From the NCBI GenBank assembly GCA_905178155.1, contig CAJINV010000001.1:2904089-2968088 (forward strand): a stretch of DNA of 64,000 bases, read 5' to 3'. This document shows, in pieces, positions 45,358-56,111 of this stretch (positions within the stretch are counted from its first letter, which is position 1; every line of letters starts with the position of its first letter). The stretch is from Amoebophrya sp. A120. Taxonomy: Eukaryota > Protista > Dinoflagellata. Position numbers and translations under genes: made by a program. Below the pieces are notes generated by a model, which saw nothing but the letters and a program-made list of their open reading frames with translations, searched no databases and was not told the DNA's origin.

Positions 45358-48300
45358 TCACCGTGTGCTGACGTCCTTCGGTTCTCGGGCACTGCAGACG
45401 AAAAAGCGGTCTCCACTCTTGATATTCTGACAATTGTCGTCGTTCCAGGTGTTGTCCTTGCGCAGTACGGCGCAGTCCTCCTTGCCGCCCCAGTCGTTGG
45501 GCTCGCCGGGGGCCCAGTTGGCCTTGTGGTATTTTTTCAGCAACTGATTCTTATCCGCCGTGAACCACGCACCCTCGGTGTACTTGTCGTGCGCCCCGAT
45601 GAACACGTCTTCGCGGCCGGCGAGCATTTTTACGAACCGTTGCTGTCTGCTGCTCTCCACGATTGCAAGGGTCGTGCCCGCCGGGCATTTCCCCTTCCCG
45701 TCTTGGTTCGTACCGTACTGGTACGCAACGGTGCCGGCGCACTTCCACTGTTTCTTCCCACATTCGGACTTCGGGTCAGAGGCGGCGTACTTGTAGACGG
45801 AAAGAGCCGACTCACCCCCGCACATCCACTCGTCCGCGGTTTTCACGGCCGACTTGTCGGCGGACAAGCAGGCGGACTCCATGCACCGGTCATCGGAGAT
45901 CTTCGAGTAGCCGTCCGTTCGGTCGGTGCAAGCGCATTTCCTCCCGTCTAGGAGGGCGAAGAACGTGGTGGTTGCGCACTTTTCGCTGCAAGCCGCAAAA
46001 GTGTAGTCCTTGTCAGAGTGGATCTGCAGGCTCTTCGCGCTGTCCTTGCTGAAGCAACCGGCAAAGGAAACGTCGGCTGAAGTTGTGACTCGATATCGAT
46101 TTCCAAGAAAATGAAGCGTGATTGGCAGGCAATCAAAAGGCAATACGAACAATAAGCTCGTGAAAAGCATGTGGTGATAGCGATACATGAAGATTGATTT
46201 ATAGCAATTTACCTTGGTGCTTGTACACACTGTTTCGCCAGCCACTGCCACACATCAAGCTCTCGTCGTGCTTACACGGTTGGCACTCGTGTTTCGGCTT
46301 TTTCGCAAAGTCGACCGCGTTACCGCACCAACACTCCCCGCCCGCCTGCACTGCGAAGAACTCGTAGTTGTGACACCACACGTTGCAGGCTTCCGGGGTC
46401 GCTTTCGCCCACCGCTTTCTCCTCTTGCCGCCGACCCAGGGGCCGAGCCGCGCTGGGAGATCGCGGTCGCCGTTATCCTCGTAGCACCCCTGGTACTCGG
46501 GTATGAAGTTGGAGCAGAGCTTTTTTTTACTGTCAAAGCTGAACCCGTAGTCGCACCCGTTCGGCGCGCACTGCTGCGCGCCGTGCTCCGTGCACATGGC
46601 TCCCTTCGCGGGCTCGCCGTGCTTCGGGCAGAAACATTCGTTCTTCTCGCACTTGCCGTTTTCGAAGTGGTATCCGACCGAGCACCCCTCGGGGAGGCAG
46701 ACGTCCGCCCCGTCCTTCGGACAGTTTTTCCCGGTCGGTCCCTTCCCGTGCGCGCAATTGCAGGTGTTCTCGACGCAGGCGTCGCGATCCAGGTGAAACC
46801 CGGCGTGGCACGAAGCGCACACGTCGTCCCCGTTGTGCGGGCAGTGCATGCCCTCCGCGCCGTTCCCGTTCTCGCACCCGCACACTTTCGGCTTGCAGGT
46901 GTGGGTCTTCTTGTCCAGCGCGAACCCGTATCCAGGGAAAAACACCCATCCCCAGCCATTTTTTGCATGACAAGTAGTGAATTTTATGCATGTTTTGCAT
47001 GACAAATTGGATGCGGATGGGTGTTTTTTCCTGGATAATCCGCCGTCGCAAGAGCTGCACTTCGCGGTTCCGTGCTCCTCGCACTCCGCGCCCATCGCTC
47101 CAAGCCCGTTTTCGCAAGTGCACTTCTTCTGCTCGCAGGTCTTCTCGTCGGTCAGCGCGTAACCCTCTTCCTCGTTGCACGCAGCGCAGACATGCGCGTC
47201 GAAGTGGGGGCAGCCCACGCCAGTCGCCGGCTCCCCGCCGTTGCAGTAGCACTCGTTCTGCACACAGAAGCCCGGGGGGCCCATCCCGAACATGAACTCC
47301 GCGCCCGGGTTGCACTTCGCGCACATTTCCGTCCCGTTCGCGTGGCAGTCGGTGCCAGTGGCGCCCTTTCCAAATTGGCACGTGCACTGCTTCAAGTCGC
47401 ACTTCTGCGTCTTGTTGTTCAGAATGTACCCCTCCTTCGTGTCGCAGCTCGCGCAAACCTCCGCACCGTCCAACGGGCAATTCACCCCCTTGGTGCCGAC
47501 CCCGTGGTTGCAGATGCACTCCCGGACTTCGCACTTGTCACCGACCAGGTGGTAGCCGGCCGTGACGTTGCAGCTTTTACAAGTTTCCGTTTTCGCGGTA
47601 AAGGCCTCCTTCGGACACTCCGTCAACTTTTTCGGCACGCCGTTCGGACAGCTGCAAACGCGCTCGACGCATTTTCCGTCTTCCAGTTCGTAGCCCGGGT
47701 CGCAGGAGGCGCAGAGCGGCTCCTTGTGGACCGGGCACTTCGTGTTCTTCTCCCCGGCGCCGTGTTCGCAAGTGCACTGTTTTTCCACGCACTTGTCGTC
47801 GATTAGAACGTACCCGTCCTGGCAGCTCATGCACTTCGGGGCGAGGTGTTCGGTACAGTTCGCGCCACTCGCGCCGGCGCCGTTGTTGCACGTGCACTCG
47901 TTCAAGTCGCATTTGTGCGTCGTCGTGTTCAAATGATACCCTTTTGTTGTGCACTTCACGCACTTTTCGTCCCCCGCCTTCGGACAGGTCGTCCCAACCG
48001 CCGGTTCCCCGAGGTCGCAGACGCACTTCCGCTTCTTACAGTCCCCCTGCTCCAGGTCGAAACCCGGGTCGCAGGTTGCACAAAGCGGGGACTTATGCTT
48101 GCCGCAGGCTTTTCCCTCCGCGCCATGTCCATTCTCACACGTGCACTGGTTTTTCACGCACTCGTCGCCGATCAGCGTGTGGCCCGGCTTGCAACTGGTA
48201 CATTTCGGCTTCCCGTGCTCCGGGCACAAAGCCCCTGTCGCCGCCTTCCCCTTGTCGCAGGTGCACTCGTTCACGACGCAGATGTCCTGCTTGTTCATGT

Positions 48301-50641
48301 GAAAACCCTCTTCCGTGCACCGCAAACATTTCTCCTGTCCCGCCTTTGGACACGTTTTGCCAAACGCATTATCGCCGAATTCGCACTTGCAGTGCCTCAG
48401 ATTGCAGCTGTTCTGCGCGTCCATGTCGTAGCCTTCGTTGCAGCTGCTGCAGAACGCGGACTCGTGTTTCGGGCACCCGGTGTTCACCGCCGCCGTTCCG
48501 TTGCCGCAGGTGCACGTGTTCTCGACGCAGCTGTGCGTGTCGTTCAGCAGTGTGTGTCCGGCGTGGCACGCGATGCACTTCGGGGTGTTGTGCTTCTCGC
48601 AGGCGACACCCTCCGCGGGACTTCCCATGTCGCAGGTGCACTTGTTCACGTCGCAGGTGAAGGCTTCCTTGTTGTGGTGGAACCCTTCCTGCGTGCACTT
48701 CATGCATTTCAGTTCCCCCATGACCGGGCAATCCGTCCCGATTGCCTCCTCGCCTTGCGGACAGGTGCACCGCCGCTCAATGCACTGCCCGTCGTCGGTC
48801 AAATCGAAACCGGGTTTGCACTTCGTGCACATCGTGGAGTTCGTCGACGGACAGTCTGCGCCGATTGCTGCCGTGCCGTTCCCACAAACGCACTGTTTCA
48901 GCTGACACGTGTTCAAATCTTCTTCCTTCTTGTGGTTCGGGTTCTGCTTCGTGTGCAGAATCAACTCATACCCTTCGTTCTCCTCGCATGCCAAACAGTA
49001 CTCCGAGCCGTGCGTTTTGCACTGTTGGCCACTCGCGGCCTCTCCGTTTTTGCAGGTGCACTGGTTGACCTCGCAGATGTCGGTTTCTTTGTTCATGTGG
49101 AAGCCCCGGTCCTCAAAACACGAGGAGCAAAACTCCCTTTCCCCCGCATCCGCGTCCTTCGGGCACTCCTTCCCGGTGGGCGCCTCGCCGTTGGCGCATT
49201 TGCACTCCCGGGGCACGCACTCGTCGCCGTTGAGTTTGAACCCATTTTCCTCGTCACAACTGGCACAAGATTCCCCACCGTGTGTTGGGCATTCCACGCC
49301 CCGTGCGCCTTTGCCGTTTTCGCACGTGCACACGCGCTCGATGCAGGTGCCGTTCGTGTCCTTCTCGGTTGACATGACGAAGCCCGCCTCGTGGGTACAG
49401 GAGGCGCAAATGTGGTCCTCTGCGTGGTTCGGACAGTCCGTTCCACTGGTGCCCACTCCGCCGGGACAGACACATTGGTTCACTGTTTTGCAGAATTTTC
49501 GAAGGAATTGGACCAACCATGACATGGTGCGACAAAGTAGCACACGTTATCAAAAAGATGGCAGCGAGAAACTGAAACGAGAACTTGAAATAACCATCTC
49601 TTTCTCTTCATTTTTACCGTCGCACTTGTTCGTCGTGGTATTCAAGTGAAAGCCCTCGTCCTCAAAGCAGGCCTTGCAGTGGTGCGCACCGTGCTTGGGG
49701 CAGTCCATTTGCTCGGTGGCGATTCCGGACTTGCACACACACTCCACCGGTTCGCAGGTTTCGCCGTTCAGCTCGAATCCGCGGTCGCAGTGCAAGCAGC
49801 TGAGCGCGCCGTCCTCCGGGCACTCCCCGCCCGTCGGCGCTTCCCCGTGGGGGCACTTACACCGGTTGTTCAACGGGTCGTCATCCGGGCACCGGTGCCA
49901 CCAGTACACAGTTGAATACCCCGCGTTCCCCCCACACTCACTGCCATCGGAGCAGTCCAGATCACACTTTTCGCTCCAGCCAATGTCGGACCAGTCTAGC
50001 TCGTGCGCGCACTTGCAGGACTTGCCCCCGTCGCCAATCACCGCATACGTGGGCAGATTTCTCGCGGATTCGCACGCTTCGCCGCACTCCTTCGGGGACT
50101 GCACCGGTTTTGGCAATGAGTAAACCACATCGGTCTCGTTGGTGAGTTTGTAGCAGCCCTTTTTGTTCACCCCTAGCGGGTTCGGATCCTGCTGCAGCAA
50201 GGATTGGATCCAGCTCACTTTCTGCTTTCTCTGGTTGTTCAGAACTTTGCTCTGTTCTTGCGCCTGTTGAAACGAAGCTGCGGCCGTTTGCCCACCACAA
50301 GTCAGCTCCGTACTCGCGACCAAACGCTGCCGTCTTGGTCTGGTAGCGTTGTGCTGATTGTGATTCTTGTTGCTCTCTATCGTGTCAACGGAGGAGAAAG
50401 CTAGCTTCAGCCGGGCGGAGCGCAGACGCTGCTCAAAGTCATCAAAGTCGAGGGACGCCTGCAGGGAAATGTCGACGCCGCCCCCACCGAGCGAGCCCGG
50501 AATGCGAACGGCGCTGGTCGTGGTGCTGATGGCAAGAAGCAAAAGCCCAGTCAAGGCGGGTCGAGAAGTAGATAACCGAGACGAGTGGAAACGACCTCCT
50601 GCTTGCGCAGGCGACGTCGCCAACATCCGAGGCTCCAACAT
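45358..50641 (-). CDS. Surface/secreted lectin-like protein: WSC, 24 six-Cys repeats, 2 WSC, C-type lectin. Introns 49483-49617, 46924-47037, 46077-46212
   Basis: Hydrophobic LTGLLLLAIS leader. WSC motifs (YQGCYED, CGSGWRNSVY). Repeats CxC..G....G..C...G...C..C..G[FY].L....C. CTL motif WAPGEPNDWGGKEDCAVL..WNDDNC. The start and 3' end are less certain. Confidence 0.85.
46929..47037. mobile_element. Minimal TIR introner, family D (109 bp)
   Basis: TIR TATCCAGGGAAAAACACCCATCC / GGATGGGTGTTTTTTCCTGGATA. Flanks CGGAT/CGGGT. Removal restores the repeat CDGGFALDKKTHTC. Confidence 0.9.
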
Positions 50642-51044
50642 GTTCTGGCACCAGGTCAGGGAGTGTATTGTCATACAGGTTTTTTCCGCGGCCACAGAAT
50701 GTACGTTGCCATTTTGCTCCGCCCGCTGGCAGAAGGGACCGAAGAGATGCCTCTTCGAGCTCCGCCAACGGATCTAAGAAAAAGAGTGCATGTGCTGGAG
50801 TCAAGCAATAGATCGTTAAAGTAAGACCACCGGAACAAGTGCTGGATGGACAAGATCGTGTTGAGACAAGTCCCTCGTCGCTCATCGCTCTTGGGATCTT
50901 TTCCAGCTCTTGCGTTCGGATCAATAAACTGAACACTACGTGCACGTCGCTCGTCGTTCTCATGGCGACCAAGACATCAAGTTCAAGATCAAACGTACTT
51001 TTTACGTAGTTAGCACTACCGCAAACTACAGGGATTCTTCATCG

Positions 51045-52502
51045 TTACAACGCTTTACACTGAAATAGCTCTTTGTGTGTGGGGATCCATAGCTTGTCAT
51101 CAAAATCCTTCACGTGGAGGTCATCCTTTTCGATAGTCACCCCCTCTGCAGCCAATTTCGCCTTCTGTCCCGGAATATGCCGCTCCATGATCGCACCTTG
51201 CGAATCAAGCAAGCGGTGCAGCGGCCAACCGTTACTCAAAACCGATTTTAGCATCGCCGGGACCGCGCGTGCGTAGGAGGATTGCGCACCGACGTAGTGA
51301 AGAATGTGGCGAATGGTGGTAACGCGTCCGGAGGGCACTTTGTGCTGCAACAGATGCAAAATCCTCCCCTTCACTTCGTTCGGAAACGGTTCGTAGAGCG
51401 GCCCGCCAACAAGGTCTTCCACCCCAGAAGTCGCACCTTCACCGGTTCTTCGTCGCACAATGAGCGTCACGTCGTCACCTCTGTTCACCTGTCCACCACG
51501 TACACATGTTGCCAGGATCCCGCGATACCCAACGAGATGCGGCACTTCGGGTTTTTCTACGGTAGTTTTCCGCTCTTCTGGCAGCATATCCAAGACCGTT
51601 CCGCAGGGCTCGCATTCAAATGTGAGTCGGAAGACACAACTTTCGCCTACTTGCAAACACATTCCGGATTTCGCTAACGTATGCAGTGCGCTGGTCGTTT
51701 TCCTCGTCTTGCCTCTGCTGCTCGAAGAGGAGGGCTGTTTTGGCGGATGTTTCAAAACCTCTTCAGCTTTTCTCATCGCATCGTCGGAAATGTCGAGGCA
51801 TATGTTTTCCCGAAAATCGCCCGGCTGAAAGGAAAAGCGGTCCAAGTCTTGCCGGCTGGCAAACAGAACTTGCCTCGATGACAGTGAATTGGAAATAAGT
51901 CCGCGGTGGAGATCGCCTTGCTGGTCGTGCTGGGTTGTCTTCATTGTCACACAGGACAGAACTTTCTGAAAGGCTTTTGCAATGAAACTTTTGCTCGTCC
52001 CGTGGGCATTCTCGGACGAGACCTGCTTTGTTTTCTCGTGTTGGTGCGCGCCGCGTGGTCCTGCTCCTGCATCCGTTCGTGCTATCTTTGCCAGTGGGCT
52101 ACTACCCTGCCCCGACCGGTGCTTTTTGTTTTTCGCTTCGCTGCTTTCAAGGCCTTCACCAAGACCACCATCCGCGCAGTCATTTTCTTCCCAACTCAGA
52201 TATCCGTCTTCTTCGTCGTAAGTCAAAAAAACGCTGTCGCTGCCTGCGGGGGCTTTCTTTCTTTGCGCCACATCACTGATAGTCCCCACTCTCCCTGTGA
52301 AGTACAGGCGATCGCAGTGCTTCATCGGCCTTCCCTTGATGCTGGGTTGCTTCATTGCCAAGCCACAGACTTTGGCAAGGCAGATGCGATCGACGCATTT
52401 GTGATTTGTACTATCGTTGCGCGATCTCTTCATCTTGCTCGTTTCCGCTTCTGCATTTGGAGGACTGACCACCGGCCGCTTGTCCGATTTCGCTTCTGGC
52501 AT
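51045..52502 (-). CDS. MOSC-domain protein fused to an alkyltransferase-like (ATL/MGMT) DNA-binding domain
   Basis: MOSC: PGDFRENI, RLTFECEPC, RGILATCVRGGQVNRGD. ATL: VPSGRVTT..I...VG....ARAV...PLHRLLDSQG...QKAKLAAEGV. Confidence 0.8.
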   Translation of the reverse strand: MPEAKSDKRPVVSPPNAEAETSKMKRSRNDSTNHKCVDRICLAKVCGLAMKQPSIKGRPMKHCDRLYFTGRVGTISDVAQRKKAPAGSDSVFLTYDEEDGYLSWEENDCADGGLGEGLESSEAKNKKHRSGQGSSPLAKIARTDAGAGPRGAHQHEKTKQVSSENAHGTSKSFIAKAFQKVLSCVTMKTTQHDQQGDLHRGLISNSLSSRQVLFASRQDLDRFSFQPGDFRENICLDISDDAMRKAEEVLKHPPKQPSSSSSRGKTRKTTSALHTLAKSGMCLQVGESCVFRLTFECEPCGTVLDMLPEERKTTVEKPEVPHLVGYRGILATCVRGGQVNRGDDVTLIVRRRTGEGATSGVEDLVGGPLYEPFPNEVKGRILHLLQHKVPSGRVTTIRHILHYVGAQSSYARAVPAMLKSVLSNGWPLHRLLDSQGAIMERHIPGQKAKLAAEGVTIEKDDLHVKDFDDKLWIPTHKELFQCKAL

Positions 52503-53202
52503 GGTGATTGCGTTTGCGACGTCCTACGCGTTTGCTTAAAAACAAGATACGTACTGTACAGGCAGGGCGAGCAAAAATTACCCCTTCTAGGCAGTGTCAC
52601 ATTCAACATCCAGGCTGAGAAAGCGAAAAACTATCCTGCAACAAGCATGAAAATTCAGTTGGAGTTGCGTCCTCGAGTCCCTCGTGGTTTTGGGTACAGC
52701 ATGTTACATCCAGCTGGCACAGAGAATATTAACGTGCCATCGGCAACATGCTTTGAGCGGGAATTGCGACGAGACGGGTAGTACACACGACAGCAACGAC
52801 ATTAAGATCCAGGTATAGTTAACACTTTTTCCTCCAAATCATGTGGACAGGATCTTTTTCGTCGCTTGGGGGCCAGTGCTGGCTCCCGCCAAATATGTTG
52901 AGACTTTTTTGTTCGATCTGATTTCGAAAGTCGTGTAAACTTGATTCGTTAAACTGTACCCAAATAATAGGCGTAGAAGTTGTCGTGTCCGTGCGCGAGA
53001 AAGTATCCATCGTTATGTTTGTACCTGAACTGCGACTGCTTTTGAGCTCGAAGAGGGTACTAAGGAAATCAAAAGGGCCCAAATAGCGGCCGAAGCTGGC
53101 TCGGTAATGAGTGGTAAGACGTGGTACTATCATCAATCTGAGTTCGTATATCTGATATCAACACTTTACCCGGAGCGGCATTTACCCTTACCCTATTAAA
53201 AG

Positions 53203-54489
53203 TCACGCACCACCCGCCGCTCTGTTCCGGTTCCGGATCTCCTCGATGGTGAGATCGCAATCGTCCAGCTCGATGTTGTTTAGCTTGATGATTTTCTGCA
53301 CCCGGCGCAGTTCCGTGATCGAGGGGATGGCGAGTTTGCCGATGTCCTCCGTCGGAATGTGTTCGTGCATCGACCGCATAATCTCCACGTTTGTCGGTTC
53401 CTTCTCGTACTGCTCATCCCCGATGCGTCGCCCGGCCGCGATTTTGATATCCGTCAAACGGTTGTTCAGGTCCAGAAACACCGCGGGTAATAAGTTGTCA
53501 AACTCGATGTCCCGCCGGGGCGCGCACATGAGCAAGGTCGTTTGAAACTTGAAGAACAAATACGGAACCGGTTGCATCCGGACCACTTTGCCGCCCGGCG
53601 ACTCTTCCGGCAGGTCGCCCCAAAAGTTGTCCGGGCCATCTTCGAAAAACACCGGGGTCCACGGTCCGCCGTTCACGCGCTCTTGGCGGCAGTTGTTCCG
53701 GAACTCCTCCTTGAAAGCGGTGATCAGTTGCGTCCCGTGCAGGTAGCCTAAATTCAGCCAGTTCGCACAAGCGGAATTCTTGTCCTCCCACAAGTTGTTC
53801 TTGTTCGTTTTCCGTTCGTACGCGAGCAATTTCGCCGCCAAGACGGCTTCGTTGATGTCGTTCTGCGTTTGCTCCCGGCTCAAATGGCACTCCGGATCCC
53901 CGGGGCCGATGGATTTCCCGTAAATCTCGATCTTGTCCTTCTTCACCTCCTTGAACAAGCGGTACCCGAGCGGCCGCTTGTTCTCCCCCGCTTGCACATC
54001 GTGTCCGATGTACAGGCAGAAATTTTCAAAGTCGTAATCCGCCACATCTGTGTCAACTTCATTCGCGCACAAGGCTTTCAGATTTTTCCACAAATCCTCA
54101 TTGTGCCGTCCCGCGAAGTACAGCCAGAGAGTTTTGGGAAACGTCGCGAAAAGATGTTTTTGCTTTTCCTGCTCGACGCTGGAGGGTTTCATCTGTTGTG
54201 CTGGATTGCTACCATCACTTTCTTGGCGCTCCACTGCTCGTGCTGTGGATTTTTGCTTGTTCTTTGCCGGTGGAACACCAGCTCCCAAGTGCGGATTGGT
54301 ATTCTTGTTCTGTTGAAGATGAAGATCTACGCCATTTTTCAGTCGTTCCTTGTCACTGCTCCTTCCGGTGTCGTCTGTTTGTCCAGGTCCTCCCGGGGAC
54401 TCCGCTTCCTCGTCCGCAATGTCTTTTCCGTGCTTCAGTTTGTGCCGGAAAGCCTCCAGCTGCTTCTTGTTGATACGCTTCGGCGCCAT
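53203..54489 (-). CDS. Hypothetical protein X (full-length, intronless copy)
   Basis: ~428-aa ORF from MAPKRINKK. Its 5' half is duplicated at 57296-58136. Confidence 0.8.
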   Translation of the reverse strand: MAPKRINKKQLEAFRHKLKHGKDIADEEAESPGGPGQTDDTGRSSDKERLKNGVDLHLQQNKNTNPHLGAGVPPAKNKQKSTARAVERQESDGSNPAQQMKPSSVEQEKQKHLFATFPKTLWLYFAGRHNEDLWKNLKALCANEVDTDVADYDFENFCLYIGHDVQAGENKRPLGYRLFKEVKKDKIEIYGKSIGPGDPECHLSREQTQNDINEAVLAAKLLAYERKTNKNNLWEDKNSACANWLNLGYLHGTQLITAFKEEFRNNCRQERVNGGPWTPVFFEDGPDNFWGDLPEESPGGKVVRMQPVPYLFFKFQTTLLMCAPRRDIEFDNLLPAVFLDLNNRLTDIKIAAGRRIGDEQYEKEPTNVEIMRSMHEHIPTEDIGKLAIPSITELRRVQKIIKLNNIELDDCDLTIEEIRNRNRAAGGA

Positions 54490-56111
54490 GGTGAGCGACA
54501 AATTGCTGGGGGGGAAATATACGTTTTTCTCTTCACAATCACAATGTTAAGAGGTTGATCATGATGTTCCCATGATTAATATCGAATCATCACTTCCTAC
54601 TTGCCTCGCTATGCTGGCCAGCAAATAAATTAGGTAAAGCTATACGTGGTTGGAGTTGGTTTACTTTTACTTTTTCGGTCACAACAACCCACTACTTGTA
54701 CTTACTTAAACTTATAATGTCCATCTGCAGCAGAAACTGCAAGATCTTGTTCTTCATCGGCAACAGCACATTCCAAACACGAATAGTCACGAGGTAGGGT
54801 CGTCATGCTGTTAGCAGCCCCACGTCTAACTGTGACATCAGATCGCTGTGGTCCTCGCTGCTCAACTTCTTCAAAATGCTGTTGCAATATGTTGAACCAG
54901 GATGCTTGTCCGCGTCTGCGATCCGTTGGTCGAGAAGAAAAAGCGCATGCAGTTGCAAGTTAGTAGATCTTGTTGGATAGCCGCCACAAGGAAGTAAAGT
55001 AGACCATCAAAACGTAGTTGGTGTGTTGAAGACGTTGAAAAGCACTGAAAAGCGGATCGCTTCTAATCTACACTTCTCCTCAACTAGAACTCATCATGAC
55101 GCACTGGATGGATCCTGTTAATGCCGAGATTGATCTTCTTAATCCCGCGGTCTAAGACACATCACACCGATCTTCTGTGTCACTAGTCGTGTGGCGTGTG
55201 CCATGTTGATCTGTCGCGTCCATCATGGTGTAGCTCGACTGAATCACGGTAGACCTCTTTTGCTGCATCAAATTCATCCTGCTCGCGAACAACGACAAAA
55301 TGCGTCTGAACACTTGCAACCCGAGCGCAACAACGGCGAATCGTCTGGCCGTGGTGAAGCTGGAGGTGGAGAATATTCTGAAAAGAAATCATAATCATGA
55401 AAAACAAAGAGCAAAAAGTCAAATCGTTCAAATAAAGTTGTCGTGTGTAAGTTTAAAAACTACAGAAGTGCAGGGGCATTTAGATGCCGTAGATATGAGA
55501 GCTTCGGTGGGGTAATTTCTGAACCGTCTAGTAATCGCCGGTTAGTCTGTGCATCCATTTTTCACATTGATATCCTAAATGCCATTTAGCTATGATGTCG
55601 GTTTAATTTTAGAAAAAGCAAGCGACTTTCTATTCATCTATACGGCTGATAGATTCCACTAGTATTGATCTTGATGTCACAGCACTCCAGGGAATTTCTA
55701 TAGTTTTTCGCGTGACTCAAGGCTTTGAATACAGTCCGTAAAAGAGAAAGAACGTAAGGCTGATGATTCGGTGTGTTTACGTTTAGAGTTTGAGTTTTAT
55801 TTCGGTTTTTCATCCTACACGATGTTGGGCTAGGGCAAATTAAAGATGATCATAAGATCGTAGACATTGACATGATCTGAAAGAGTAAGACAGGAGGTGT
55901 GCTCTAGTGCTTCAATCAGGACGGTTACTGTACTTACAGCAACCACAGGACAAGAGATTATCTCATAAGGGTGGTAGAGAGAAACGAATTTCAAAGCCAT
56001 CGATACAGCACTTGTTCATTTAGTCTTGATGTAGCTACGCCGTGAAGGTAAAGGATCCGCGCCCTTCTTGAGCGTGTGCGTCCATGCCAAAGTGTTCGGC
56101 GAAGGCTTCAT
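53936..56111. repeat. Tandem duplication copy 1 (5' half of gene X + intergenic DNA + 3' tip of gene Y)
   Basis: Collinear with 57296-59685. For example, 55600-55740 is near-identical to 59165-59305. Confidence 0.93.

Noticed and set aside
52819-53136. 105-aa minus-strand ORF downstream of gene X
   Set aside because: No ATG start, no motif and no convincing splice link.
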